Shown piece after piece: positions 28,201 through 43,839 of a DNA stretch of 64,000 nucleotides. Origin of the DNA: the human T2T-CHM13v2.0 reference genome, Homo sapiens; NCBI RefSeq assembly GCF_009914755.1, contig NC_060928.1, one strand, 5' to 3'. The notes beneath the pieces were generated by a model, which saw only the letters and a list, made by a program, of their open reading frames with translations, did no database searches and was not told where the DNA came from. How positions within the stretch are numbered: position 1 is the first letter of the stretch; each line of letters starts with the position of its first letter. Both the position numbers and the translations under genes were made by a program.

Positions 28201-31200
28201 CTACAAAACAATATAGGATATTATATAAAAATACTGTAAGAACCCCAAACTAAATATGAGTAAGAATAAGAATATCAATGTGTGTGTCTGTGTACATCCA
28301 ATATGGGAGGTGTGGAGGAGGCTTTCCTAAGAAACTAATGTTTAAAAGGAGACCTGGAAAAAAAATAAGTAATATGTATTTACAAAAAAAAACTGGTTGG
28401 GGGTAGAAGGTAGCTTTTTTGTCAGTGTTCTGAGGTTCTGAGAGTGTATGACATATTTAAGAAAATGAGAAAAAGCCAATATGAAGACTAAAGAAAGAGA
28501 GACACAAGATGTGGCTGGATAGGTGGGCAGGGGCTGGTTCCTGGAGTTTAGGATTTTAGACGTTATCTAAAGGGCAATATGAAGCCATTAAAGGATTTTC
28601 AGCAGGAGAGCGTAGGCCTAGATCTGGAATTTTAAAGTATCACCTGTTTCTTCTATCCCTGCAGTCAGAGGAGGTTAGATTAGAAGGGACACATAACCAT
28701 CTAGACATATGTTTTATTTTTCAGGTCGACTAAAACATGGCATCTTCCCAAGCATGGAATATAACATTTTCTTCCACATGTTTTTAGCCACAGAAAACAA
28801 AAGCTCGGCATAGAAAAACAAGATAGACAATTTCGTTAGCGGACATAGAAATTTTTTTGAACTGAACTTTAAAAACTGTTTAGTGATTTCCAAACAGAAT
28901 TACAAAACTTAATTTATAAACCACATAATTAAGCATACATAACATCATAAAACTATACGTGACTCTCTTACACATAGTAACACCTACCTTAATCACAGCC
29001 AAGAAAGCACAACAGTGGTGGTGGCAGCAGCAACAAAGGATACTTAATGACAACTAAATATGCGGCTGAAATTCATATATTTTATTCAATATAGTCTCTC
29101 AAATAGTCACTTGAAGCCTACTTAGTATTAGTCCTATACATAATTTGTTAAAAAGAAATTTAAACTAGAAGTTATGGATTCCAAAGTTGACCCTACTGAT
29201 AACATTTTGAAGTAATTAAAAAAAAATCTTACTCATCTCTTGCTAATTAAGAGAAAATAATCCTAAAATTTTCAAATCATTACATGGTGGTACAATAGTT
29301 AATGTCCATTATCATGACACAATGTTCCACATGGCATTTTAAAAAGTATTAAAAAGTATATTTCAGAATATTTTGCAACCAAAATGTTTAAAATGGAAAA
29401 TTTCACTGCAGAAACGCCCTAAATGCAATGGTCAAGTCTCAACTCTCATTTTAGTTATCTGTGGCGTCTGAGGATGGTGAAGATTTTTAATTTAATAAAT
29501 AAATCCAATATACTGTGTACCATACCAAGCAGTGGAGACACAAAAGTGAAAAAAGACAAGTTTCCTGCTCCCAAAGGCAGATAAACATGCAAACAATTAC
29601 AATGCATTGAGAGGTTTACTATAATGAAAGTTCTACCAGAATATTCATCGGATCTTATGGCAGAAGACTGTATTAACAAAGTTAATGAAGTATTCCATCT
29701 CTGCCCAATCTGATCTTGTTCTGTATAGGATTGCCTATGCTTCATAGTTGTTACAGTAATGATAAAGGTCTCTAAGTTGCAAATTTCTTCTTGTACATTG
29801 GAATTTAGGAGTTTTTACTCTGGCCCTAGATTAAAACTGATATTTAAAAAATATATACTTGACACACTAATGTTATTTATATCTGTTTCTTAACTCAATG
29901 TACTAGGACAAAAAAGAATCCTGGGTATAGGCAATGCATGCCTCACCCTTCTACCACTTTCTGAGGCTCAGAGTATTTATACAAATCTAAATAATTTAAA
30001 ATGCACAAAGAAATATCCTCAAATATTTGAAATGCCTGGATAGAAAGTACAATGGAGAGGAAAATAGGCATGTTTTCCTCAGGGTAACCATATTTTAAGT
30101 GAGTGTAGAGTTTGTGAAAGAGAAGGCAATGACAATGAGGAGGATGGAAACTGACTTATGAAGAACAATTAAGGAAGTTGAAAAGATTTGTAGAGTAAAC
30201 AGACATTTGAAGAAACCTAATAGTTTCAACAAACATTTACAGCATTACTATGTCAAAGGACTAGAGTTTCTCATATTGTTGCAGAAAGAAAAACAAAACA
30301 AGATGGAAGAAAACCCTAAAGGTTATCATGGAAAAGGGAAGTCTTGGAGACATAATAATTTTTACAAGTATTTACAGTAAAGTAAAACGCTGTTGCAGAT
30401 AAAAAAAATATAAAACAATGAGTATATTCTTCATAGATATGAGCCTAACTATTAGAGTTGTCAAAGATTTTTGGTAAATACTTATTCACTCAGAGGCTGA
30501 ATTACCATCTCTTATAATATAGAATAAAAGAATCCTATATAGGGAAGGAGGCTAGGCAAGATATTCTTATAAGTATCTTTTTCTTTGCTTATTTGCCTAT
30601 TCCAATATCTTCTTCTGAGACTTGTCTTTGCCTATTTTTCTTATCAGTTGTCTGTCTCACTGGCTGTAGTTTTGTTAGCTGAATGCTTTCTAGATACATC
30701 AGTTACAGATGAGGCTTGACATTTCACTTTCTTCAGTGACTTTATACTTAAGTTTTAGATTTGAGTATAGTCAAATATACAAAATTGTTGTATGGACTGT
30801 GATTCTTGCATTTTAAGAACTTCTTCCCTACTTTGAATTAAGATATTATCCTATAATTTCCTCTCTTTTAGTTTTGCTTTTCACATTTAGCTTTTAAACC
30901 CAACTAGAACTACTTTTATGAGTGGTGTAAGGTAGGGATCCGCCCCTTATCCCCCTTTTGGGTAATCAATTGCCCTGGAACTATTTATGAATACAGTATC
31001 TTTCCCCGTGATTTATAATGACATTTCTGTCTTGCACTAAGATTCCACTAATGTTTGGGAGCTTCTGGGCTTACTGATCTGTCCTACTTATTTTTATCCT
31101 GGCCAATAGCACCCTGTTTTAATTACTGCACTTAATTAATGCTGCTACGTTTAGCAAGACTTTATTTATCACCTTGACTTGGTTACTCTTGGCTCTTTAA

Positions 31201-32987
31201 GTCTTGCTTGCAAATTTTAGGATCAGCAAGCCACATTTAACAACAAATCCTGTCAGAATTCTGCCTGGAATGACACTGAATCTGTAAGCATCAGTCCTCA
31301 CATTCATTTAAAGTATAATCATTCATTTTGCTGGTCTTCTTTTACTTCCTTCAATATATTTTTATAATATTCTCCATAAGACCTGACATAGTTTATCCAT
31401 TTCATTCTTAGGCATTTCACTGTTTTTCCTGTTGTTGCAGCTATTGCAAATGTAACTTTTTTAAAACTAGATTTTCTGATTGGGTGGCTGAGTAAGGACC
31501 TCTCATCAAATGTTTAAAACTGATGATAGTGTGCATTTTTTGTGTTATCTTTTATTTTAAATCTTTAGGTTATAATGTCTTTGGTAGTGGAAGTGCCCAT
31601 CTATTATTCTTTGTTTGATATTTTTATCATAAATATATCAGCTTTTGTAGAATAACTTTTTTTGTATCTATTAGGACATAATTTTTAATTTAGAAAATTA
31701 AGAAAAGTTTTCAAATGCTTAATCATCCATGCCTCCTTAGTCATTATTTATTATGTTCTTATACCTCACTTTACTCAATTTGCTGATATTTATTAAGGAT
31801 TTTTGCATCTAGGTTTGTAAGTTGAAATATTTCTTTCTTTTGCTATCTTTGTCTGGTTTTCGTATCAAGATTATACCAACATTTCTTTTTTTTTCTACTC
31901 TTTGAAACAGTAGAAAAAAAGGAAAGCACAAAATAGGAATTATTTGTTGCTTTAAGAGTATATAAAGTTACCTATAAAACTATTTGGCATGGAGAATTTC
32001 ATAAACTTATGGTTTATACTATCCATAAATGTATCTACATCATTTATGGATAGATTATCTATTGGATTTATGGATTGTCATCTAATTTGAATAAAGCAAC
32101 TCACCAAATAAATAACTGGCTTAAATGAGTATTGCTAAAAAATTACAGAGTGAGAATAATATGAAAAATGTAAGCACTAGCAAATAGCAACATAAAAAAA
32201 GGCATAACTGACACTGCTATCACTAGTATGAGCTCTTCATTGACTATACTATGAAGTAAAAACAGTGAAATCAGGCCAAAAAAAGGTTAAATTCTTAAGG
32301 AAGCTATGTGAAATATGGGTTTATACTTTCTATCATTGTTAATGAAACTCTTCTAAAGTATATTATCATTCAATAAGATACTGGCAGTGAAGTCATCATG
32401 ATTAGCAAGACATTTAAAAATTGTTTATAACAACTTTGTTTAAATCCTAAAATATTTATAGAAAGACTGGTACACATACTGTGTTAGTGGGTACATATAC
32501 ACACATCCATATGTACACACAAATGCATCAAAGGGTATGTGCTTCATTTTTCCTTGTTTGGTATGCAAGTAGACAAATTTTAAGAAACTACCCATCCATA
32601 CCATGGCAGAATGCTTTCATAAAAGAAAATCTGATCTTGTTACTTTCAGTCTGGTAGCTTTCTATGACCCTAAGAAAAGTCAAAATTTGGTCCCTACCTA
32701 CTTCTTTAGCTTCACCTACCATCACTCTTCCCCGTGCCCTCTATACCTCAAACCACATTAAACTAAATAATTTCTATCCTCAAGAAGACTAGAATCACAT
32801 ATGACAATAAGTCATTCAAAAACTTAAAATTATCAAGAAGACTAGTTATAGATTTATATCCACTATCACTACTCTTTCCAAACTCAGGATTTTCACATAT
32901 ATTTGCACTTTGTTTAGACTATTACAATAATTTAAATAATTACATGACTTGTGTTCTACATATACATGGATCTGTCTTGCCACTTAA

Positions 32988-33328
<341 letters not shown>

Positions 33329-33689
33329 CAAAATGCCAACTATTCTAACCACTCATCTGATGCTTTTCAATACCTCCAATGACAAGGCAATCAGGGAATC
33401 ATTCCTTCCTTCCTTAGCAATTTCCTTAGAAATATTCTTTCTTATCTAGACCTGAAATCTGTTTCCCTCTAACCTCTAGCTAGTGATCCTAACTCAACTC
33501 ACTGGACCATTCACAGAAAACTCAGTCCTACGTTACTGTAACAGCCATACAAGTATTTATAGATCACTATCACGTTACTTCTAAGGCTTCTTCTGTGGTG
33601 ATGAGGAACGGGGGGTAGACAGTGCGGTGAGAGTAGTATTTGAGAATCTTTCATGAGTTTGTTACTAAATATTTAATTCTCACATTGTT

Positions 33690-33830
33690 CCAATGGGTCC
33701 ATTATTATTATGGCCAAATTACAATTGAAGAAATTAAAGGTCTGACAGGTAACATTACTTGTTCAAGTAACTTAAGTAAGTAGCAGAGCTGGGATTTCAA
33801 CCACTAGTCTGTCACATACCAAAGCCTATG
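33690..33830. mobile_element. MIR fragment
   Basis: gaagaaattaaaggtc...gtaagtagcagagctgggatttcaacc...tctgt. Confidence 0.6.
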
Positions 33831-33976
33831 TTCTAGTCTCTTCAGAAATCCCCAAAAGGAGAGGAGATATAAGGGAATATAAGGCATGGAAAAGCAAATA
33901 AAAAAAATTCTAAAAATCCTCTATTTTCCGAGTTCCAAAATTCTAAGTACTGATATTTTTTTCCTTAAGCCTTCAC

Positions 33977-34177
33977 AGGTGTCCAACCCTTTGATTGTGA
34001 GGATTTTTTTTACCCATCTGTGGTGGCAGATATCATAAAAATAACACAGGGAACCCCCCCACCGGCTTTTTAAAGCTCATCAGCTATAGTCAGTGTGTTA
34101 GTGTATTTTATGTGTGGCCCAACACAACTCTTCTTCTTCCATTGTAGCCCGGGGAAGCCAAAAGGTTGGACACCCAT
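33977..34177. mobile_element. MER30-like hAT MITE
   Basis: Terminal inverted repeats ggtgtccaaccctt / aaaggttggacacc; internal tttatgtgtggcccaa...ttcttcttcca. Confidence 0.8.
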
Positions 34178-34372
34178 GCGATATCATAGTTATCTTTTGA
34201 CATTTCTTTCCCTATCTTATAAGCTATTATCTTAAAATCTGTCAGATATTGTCACATAAATACTTGCAACCTAGTATTAGGGAACAAAAAAGGAATAATT
34301 ATTCCCATATTTCAGCCCCTCTAAATTTTAATCTGATTTACACACTGAAAAGACTGTATCTTCAAACACTAA

Positions 34373-34679
<307 letters not shown>

Positions 34680-35441
34680 TAACTAGTATATTCTTCTTAA
34701 GAGCCCCAAACTAACATCACTGCCTTCTGGAATCAAATTTAATGATGACTTTTTTCTTATGGCTTCAAAGACTGACAATACTATTCCTAGTCCATATTAA
34801 CAAAAGCTACCTAAATTGTCCTTTGTTCTGATAAACACTTAAGTCCTTCGCACACACTTAAAAGGCTCTTCTTCTTGCCTTTCCTCTGTGAAGTTATGGT
34901 TCTCTTTTAATTAAACTCTATAAGTCCAACATGGTCTTCATCATTCAGGTTCCTTATGACCAATGTTTCTCCATATAGTTAGTTACATGATAACATTATA
35001 TTTGTCACAGACATTCCATTTCCTCTGTTCCAAGTTATATTATAAACAACTGGAAGATAAATAATCTATTTTTTTCTCACTTAAATACAAAAAAAACGAA
35101 CAAGCAAGTGCTTACTGTTTTCAGCTTTCCACTATAAAAATAATTATTTCTTATAAAAATCTATTTATATCCTTTGTTTATATGCTTTATTTTTAAGCTG
35201 TTTATTAGGATACACTTTATTGCAAAAGGAGTTGAGAGCAACTCAGATTTTCTCTTTTATAAACAAAGATGCAAGTACAAAAGCTGTAAATAGGTACTTC
35301 TCTCCAGCACATATTACATAAGCAAATTAAAAGTCATATTACATCCAAAATAAATTTCCCTATGAATATAAAAAGTTATAAATATACATTTAACGATATA
35401 AAACATCAAATTATATATTAAATGCACACAAAAAATCTTAC

Positions 35442-35693
35442 CTTGCTGAGTATTTTGTTCTTGCATTCGATTCACAGTGAGGTCTAAGGGGCCTTCCTGC
35501 TCTTCCTGAAGGGAGTTTTCTGCTTGATTCATTTGGATACTTTTACATACTATACTTGGTCCAATTGAACCATTTCTATTCTCTTGAGTTTTACCACTTT
35601 TTGAAATGTACTCAATCGCAAATTGACGTATCATCTTTTTCATTAATTCCTGAGCAACTAGGGGAATGTTAGGATCACAGTTCTGAGGAAGAT
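35442..35693 (-). CDS. LCORL: LCORL 252-nt coding exon ([29 protein letters not shown]...[16 protein letters not shown]) with the PLDLT CtBP motif
   Basis: Acceptor CCCTAG at 35694-35699 and donor GTAAG at 35437-35441. Open frame; phase 1 joins the 12415-12508 exon. Confidence 0.96.
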
Positions 35694-37329
35694 CTAGGGA
35701 AGAAATAAATATAATAATCATTTTAAAAAGAGAAAGGCAAATCACCAACATTTAAATTTATTTTTATTACAAATTAATGACTTCAGAAGTCTTTTAGCAT
35801 CAGTCCATAACTCCCAATGTTTTCTGGGAATTAGCAATAAAAGCTTTGTAGATTTAATCAGCTTTATAATAATATATCAACCAAAAATGTGGCATATTTA
35901 ATTACTTCTTACAATTAAACATTCTCTGGTCCCAAACTAAAATACAAATAAAGAATTAGACATAGAAGCGGAACAACTTATTCTCAAGAGTTTTAATATT
36001 CATTCAGATATATTTTACTAGACATTAAAACACTCAGTATGTGAATATAAATTGTATAAGTAACCAATTTTTATCCTAATATACAATGTGCATGCATTAA
36101 CTAGGAAAACGTCTAAATTCTTATAATTCTGTATCCATTAAATTCAATTCTATAAAATGTGCATTTCATATATAACCTGAATTTCATCATCAAGGATTTT
36201 CTTTTGATTTTTTATATAGAAAAATTTTGATTATAAATAAAAAATGAAAGAATAGTACAATGACATAGCTTCCACTAATATTCAAGAACTGTCACTAGTC
36301 TGCCAAATTAGCTTTCTTTTTACTTTATTTTTATTTGTAGAACCACTGAAACTGTAGAATAATTACAATTTACTTCTAAATATTTCAGCACGGATATCCT
36401 AAGATACTTCTGTAAAATGAGAATATCACTGAGAGTTTTAACCAAAACATTTTGATCAAGTACAACTATAATAAAGTTCAACAGTAATAATACAACTCTG
36501 TCTGAAACTTATATAATTGGTAAAACAACTGAATGATTTTAGTAAGAAGTGTGGGATAAGAACAGATCACTTATATACACAGTGCACAATAGCGATACAG
36601 AGATTTAGTATTGGGGGTGGTGGCTTTTACACACACATTTCTGGTTTGGCTCCATTCCCTTTATTTATTCTGCCCCTTTAGATGTAAGGTGATTGGTAAA
36701 TTGGGAAAGATGACTAGAGAAACTTGTTTTTTGAGTAGGGATATACTTTTTCCTCTTAGAAACGGGCCTACTTGTAGAGATACTAGTTCTCTACTCCTTA
36801 AATGTCTAAACCCTTACTCAGGTAGATCAGTGTTATATGAATAGGCTTTCTCTGATCCATGGCTGTCAGAGACTGAAGTGGAAGTCTCCCTAGTTTTGTG
36901 TTTCAGTATTAGTTAAAATACTTGTCTAAAAGACTTAAAGAGAAGTCTTCCAAACAGCATCTATCATTAGTTGGTCCATGGCTGTAAAATACAAGAAGGT
37001 TTCAAAATACACTATTTGGAGGTGAGGAGAGGCAACAAACCCACTCTCACCACAACTATTGTCACATTTGGTAGCAAAACATGACTTAAGCTGATATAAG
37101 CTGGTCCTGCATAACTGTCAATATATTTGATCACAGGGTGCTATCTCAGACTTGTTGGAGATATTACAAAACATTGTATTACCTGTTTCAAAACAAATAA
37201 TTTTGAATTCTGAAAAACATCTGAAAGAGGGAACTATGGGCCTATAAGAAAAATACAATTTTATCCTTCACTTCCATTGTTTGTTTAGAACCTGATAGGA
37301 AAGAGGGACACTATTCGTTTTGGGGCAGT

Positions 37330-37565
37330 GGCGTAAAAGACCTAGCTATAGTTTGGGATCTTAGCCATCTTTATGAACTTAGGCTAGTTACATATTCTCT
37401 CCATGCCTCAGTTTCTACATTCATTAAGACAGAAATAATAATAGAACCTGGGATACTATTTATGGGGCTTGCTCACTGGATGCTGTAAGGATTATATGAG
37501 ATTGTAGATAAAATACTTAACTCTGTACTTGGCATATTAATAGTCCAGTAAATGTTAGCTGTTAG
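37330..37565. mobile_element. MIR fragment
   Basis: tctccatgcctcagtttctacat...gaaataataatag...taaatgttagct. Confidence 0.65.
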
Positions 37566-37648
37566 TAGAAATAATATGACAAAAAAAAAGATGCAGGCTG
37601 AGCACTTATATTTTATTTAAATCACCAAATGGCAAATAAGTAAAAGTA

Positions 37649-40349
37649 CGAGGGGTCTTCAAAGTTCATGGAAAACGCATATTATAAAAAACCTATGCAT
37701 AGGTTTCAAAAATGTTTTGCACCAAAATAAACTACTAACTTGTTATAACATGTGTAAACGGCATCTAGTTTGAGGCACTAAGAAGGATAAGACATCAGTC
37801 TGAAAACATCCAGTATCAGTGCAACATGAGTTCTGCTAAAATTGAAGCAAGAACAAATATTAACTACACGGTAAAGCTTGGGTGGAAGAATGGTAAAATC
37901 ACTGGTAATTTTGAAAAAGCTTATGAGGATAATGGCCTAAAGAAATCAGCAGTTTAAAAATGGATAACTTGGTCGTTGGCAAAGTCTGAGTCCTGTCCTC
38001 TCACTCTCCTCCCTGGACAGCATGAGCTTCACCACTTGCTCCACCTTCTCCACCAGCTACTGTTTCCTGGACTCCGTCCAAGCGCCCAGCTATGGTGCCT
38101 GGCTGGTCAGCAGCGTGGCTGGCGTCTATGCAGGTGCCGGGAGCTCTGGTTCCCTGATCTCCATGTCCTGCTCCACCAGCTTCCAGGGCGGCTTGAGGTC
38201 CGGGGACCTGGCCGTGGGGATGGCCGGGGGTCTGGCAGGAAAGGGAGGCATCCAGAACGAGGAGGAGACCATGCAAAGTCTGAATGGCCAGACCATGCAA
38301 AGCCTGAATGACTGCTTGGCCTCCTACCTGGACAGAGTGAGGAGCCTGGAGACCAAGAACTAGAAGTTAGAGACCAAAATCTGGGGGCACCTGGAGAAGA
38401 AGGGACCCCAGGTCAGAGACTGGAGCCATTACTTCAAGACCACCAAGGACGTGAGGGCTCAAATTTTCGCAAATACTGTGGACAATGCCCGCATTGTTCT
38501 GCAGATCGACAATGCCCGTCTTGCTGCTGATGACTTTAGAGTCAAGTATGAGACAAAGCTGGCCGTGCGCCAGTCTGTGGAGAGCAACATTATGGGCTCC
38601 TGCAAGGTCACTGATGAAACCAATGTCACTTGGCTGCAGCTGGAGACACAGATCGAGGCTCTCAAAGAGGAGCTGCTCTTCATGAAGAACCATGAAGAGG
38701 AAGTAAAAGGCCTACAAGCCCAGATTGCCAGCTCTAGGGTGACTGCGGAGGTAGATGCCACTAAATCTCAGGACCTTGCCAAGATCATGGCAGACATCTG
38801 GGCCCAATACGATGAGCTGGCTCAGAAGAACCGACAGGAACTAGACAGGTTACTGGTCTCAGCAGATTGAGGAGAGCACCACAGTCATCACCACACAGTC
38901 TGCCGGAATTGGAGCTGCTGAGATGGTGCTCGTGCAGCTGAGACTTACAGTCCAGTCCTTGGAGATGGACCTGGACTTGATGAGAAATCTGGAGGCCAGC
39001 TTGGAGAATGGCCTGAGGGAGGTGGAGGCCTGCTATGCCCTGCAGATGGAGTAGCTCAATGGGCTCCTCCTGCACCTGGAGTCGGAGCTGGCACAGACCC
39101 GGGCAAAGAGGCAGCACCAGGCCCAGGAGTACGAGGTCCTGCCAAACATCAAGGTCAAGCTGGAGGCTAAGATCGACACCTGCTGGAAGATGGCGAGGAC
39201 TTCAATCTTGGTGATGCCCTGGACAGCAGCAATTCCATGCAAAACATCCAAAAGACCACCAGCCACCGGATAGTGGATGGCAAAGTGGTGCCCGAGACCA
39301 GTGACACCAAAGTTCTAAAACATTAAGCCAGCAGAAGTAGGGTCCGCTCTGGGGAGGAGGAGGCCAATAAAAAGTTCAGGGGTCAAAAAAAATGGACAAC
39401 TCATTTTAAAGGATGAGATGATGTTGAAGATAAAGCCTGCAGTGACGGAACATCCGCATCAATTTGTGAGGACAAAAATCCATTTTGTTTGCATCCCAAC
39501 TGAAGAGGACTGGTGATTAACAACAGGAATGACAGTCAACACCACAGACATCTTGACGGACGTTAGCTTACACAATTCTGACTCAAAAATTAAAGCTGAG
39601 ATTTCCACTCAATGGGTGCCAAGACCATTGCGACCAGATCAGTTGCAGACAACAGCAGAGCTTTCAATGAAAAATTTAAACCAGTGGGTTCAAGAGAAGC
39701 ATGTCTTCAAAGAATTGTAAAAGGTGATGAAACACGGCTTTACCAATATAATCCTGAAGATAAAACACAATTAAAGCAATGGCTACCAAGAGGTGGAAGT
39801 GGTCAAGTCAAAGCCAAAGCAGACCGGTTAAGAGCAAAGGTTATGGCAACAGTTTTTTGGAATGTTCAAGGCATTTTGCTTTTGACTTTCTGGAGGCCCA
39901 AAGAAATAACGTCTGTTTATTATAAGAGTGTTCTGAGAAAGGCAGCCAAAGCTTGAGCAGAAAAATGCCCAGGAAAGCTTCACCAGGGTGTCCGCCACAA
40001 CAATGCTCTTGCTCATTCCCTTCATCAAACAAGGGCAATATGGCAAGAGTTATGATGGGAAATCATCAGGCGTCCACCTTACAGTCCTCATTTGATGCCT
40101 TCTAATTTTTTTGTTTCCTAATCTTAAAAAAACTTTAAAGGTCACCCATTTTTCTTCAGTTAATAACGTAAAAAAAATTGCATTGACATGGTTAAATTCC
40201 CAGTTCTTTCCAGTATGGACTAAATGGCTGGTATCCTTGCTTACAAAAGTGTCTTGAATTGGATGGAGCTTATGTTGGGAAATAAACTTTGTATTTTTTA
40301 TTTCTACCTTTGAATTCCATTTTTCCACGAACTTTTTAAAGTCCCCTCA
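37649..40349 (+). mobile_element. HSMAR2-type mariner DNA transposon (about 1.3 kb without the insert), split by a KRT18 pseudogene
   Basis: TIRs cgaggggtcttcaaagttcatggaaaa / ttttccacgaactttttaaagtcccctca with TA on both sides. Decayed transposase motifs WVPRPL, GDETRLYQY and PPYSPHLMPS (YSPDLAPS-like). Confidence 0.88.
37970..39392 (+). pseudogene. KRT18P: KRT18 (keratin 18) processed pseudogene, full length, antisense to LCORL
   Basis: Intronless MSFTT...LASYLDRVRSLE...IDNARLAADDFRVKYE. ATG at 38022, premature TAG at 38361, frameshifts, AATAAA at 39366, short A tail, TSD aaaaatgga(t/c)aact at 37956-37969 and 39388-39401. Confidence 0.96.
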
Positions 40350-42288
40350 TATTTGTTAACTTCGTAACTGGAAAAATATAAAAGACATACTTTATAAACC
40401 CATGTGATACTTTTTTAGTCCAAACTAGATTATATTAGCACATGTAACCTAACTAAAGTGCATTATCAAAACAAGAAATATCCATGTTGCAGAAAGGATT
40501 TCAAAGATATACCATTGCTTGATGATTATCTTTAGAAATCTTTGAAGGCTTCTATGAACATTCTTCTTCACCTTTTTTCAAATCTAATCTTGCTTTGTAT
40601 TATGTATTTAAAGGAGATACCAGCTTTACTTTTAGGTATTTTAGCTAACTGTCCTGAATTGTATTACTAACATCATCACTTTATCAATTCAATATGATTA
40701 TATCTGTCATAAAGGACAGACATTATTAGACCCATATCATGTGACTAGGGCTATACTTTAGGATTGAATTTACAGCAAAGTTTAAAGCACAATACATAGT
40801 GCTACTCTGTTTTATTCACCCACTCACTTTTTGTCCCTTTATACTATATTGTGGAATAAGTCCATGTTTGAGACCAAAGGACCTGGCAAAAGAGAGGGAG
40901 CAAAACAGACAGACAGACAAAGAGAATGCTTCTCAGCTGCTGACTGGTTAGTCAGCCTCTTAAATCACTTGCACAAGTTGTCATAACTACAAAAAAGCAA
41001 ATAACTGAAGATCTAGATGTAGGTTAGGAATTGTAAACTCAAATTTTTACAAGGATCAGGCTAGTAGTAAACATTTGCCTAGAAGAATGTTGCCACCCGG
41101 AAATAGGGTTTACTGCCCCCTATCAGACAAGAACAATTATTTTTTGCCTTATTTCTTCACTTCCCAAAGTTAACTAATTTAAAAAGACCTGTGTGGCTGC
41201 TGCTTCAAGATGGTCCTCAATAATTCCTGCCTCCTGATATAACACTGCTGTGCAATACCCTCTTAGCCTCCATGTTGTATCATGGGTGGTCTGTGTAACC
41301 AATAGCGTACTGCCCAAGTATTTGTCACTTTGGAGATTATGTTATAAATGAATGAAGTTTTCATACTGGACACTGATGAACATTGATGCTCCTGGTTGTT
41401 TTCTCTTTTGCCCCTCTTCTCCCCTCCTTTTATTTTCTCTTTCTCCCCTTCTGTTTCCCTCCTCCTCTATCTCCTTCTCCCCTTCATTTGTCTATCCCTT
41501 CATCTCTCTCTCTCTCATCACTCCAGAGAAAGCCATAACTATGAGCAGTCCCATGAGGTGGCTCATGTGAAGAAAGATGGAAGCCTCCTGCAAGCAGCCA
41601 AATGTGTGGACTTGCAAGACATTCTACAGCAATCAAATCTCCTATGACCACAACCCAGCTCACTCCTTGATTGTAGCCTCATGAACAAGTGAGCCAAAAC
41701 CAACTAGCTGAGCAATTCTCAGGTTACTGACCCCAGAGAAAATATGAAATAATAAATGTCTGTTGTTTGAAACTCAATTTTGAAAGTAATCTGTTATAGA
41801 GTCATAAATAATATAGATTTTGGTGCATATTAGTGGGATGCTGCTGTAATAAAAAACTGAAAAGGTAGGTGTCACTTTCAAACCAGGAAGTGGCCTTTGG
41901 GAATAGTATTAATGAAAGTCTGAAGTAACTTCAATAAGCTGTTAATAGCCACAGCCTTTAAGAAGGCTGCAGAGTAAGAACCTCTAGAAAAATGAGGTAA
42001 ATATTACTGGAATTATGTAATGGGAGAGTTTCACAACACTATTATCTTCAGTAACTTAGGAAGTAGAAAATGTGTCCAATGAATTGGATGATCTATCTAG
42101 GGAAATATCTAAGCAAAGTGTGAAAGGTGGCCCCTGGTTTCTTCTAGTTAATTAAAGTGCAAAAAGAAAGAGATAAAATCAAGGAAGAACTGTGATATGG
42201 TTTAGATGTTTGTCCCCTCTAAATCTCATGTTAAAATGTGATTCTGAATGTTGAAGTTGGGGTCTGATGGGAGGTGATCGGATCATGG

Positions 42289-42725
42289 TGAAACCAACCC
42301 AACTGCCCCCACAGACTGTTCTTTTTGATAAACATAGAAATTGCCCCTTCTGGTCTTAAAAAGCTTGAAACTTGTATTTGTTTTATCTGAGTTCCTTCCT
42401 CAGAAAAGAACCTTCAGGCCTCTCAAAGAAAGTATCAAAGAACTGAAACTCACCAGATGATGGCACCACATCATGAATCCCTCATTCACCATGATTGCGT
42501 CCTTGCCCCTTCCCTAATTTTTGTTTTCTTACACACTGTTACATTTCTCCCCTGCTATACAAACTCTTAGTTTTAGTCAGGCAGATGGATTTGAGACTGA
42601 GCGCCCATCTCCTTGGCTGCAGCAACTGATTAAAGCCTTCCTTGGCAATAACTGTTGTTTCAGTGATTGGCTTTCTGTGAAGCAAGCATCAAGACCTACA
42701 TCAAACCACTGGTGTTTTGGTAATA
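42289..42725 (+). mobile_element. ERV solo LTR (family uncertain, possibly LTR47-like) nested in the MST LTR
   Basis: tgaaaccaaccc...ggtaata with ATTAAA inside and atgg duplicated at both flanks; the MST sequence resumes afterwards. Confidence 0.7.
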
Positions 42726-42986
42726 ATGGGGCAGATCCCTCATGAATGACTTAGCCCCATCCCCTTGCTGATAAGTGAGTTCTCCCTCAGTCCACGTGAG
42801 ATCTGGTTGTTTAAAAGTCTGGGACCTCCTCTCTCTTTTTCTTTTGCCATGTGATGTGCTGGCTTCTGCTTTGCTTTCTGCCATGATTGTAAGCTTCCTG
42901 AGGTCCTTACCAGAGCTGAGCAGATATTGGTGTCATGCTTGCACAGACTTACAGACTGCAAAAGCATGAAAGCATGAGCCAATTAA

Positions 42987-43839
<853 letters not shown>

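Noticed and set aside
35314-35751. 145-aa ORF as an independent gene
   Set aside because: Only 35442-35693 is bounded by splice sites; the hydrophobic flanks are intronic read-through.
38022-39326. Functional keratin gene
   Set aside because: It is intronless with premature stops, frameshifts, an A tail and a TSD, so it is a processed pseudogene.
39529-40200. Domesticated or active mariner transposase (SETMAR-like)
   Set aside because: The reading frame is broken by the KRT18 insert, frameshifts and stop codons.
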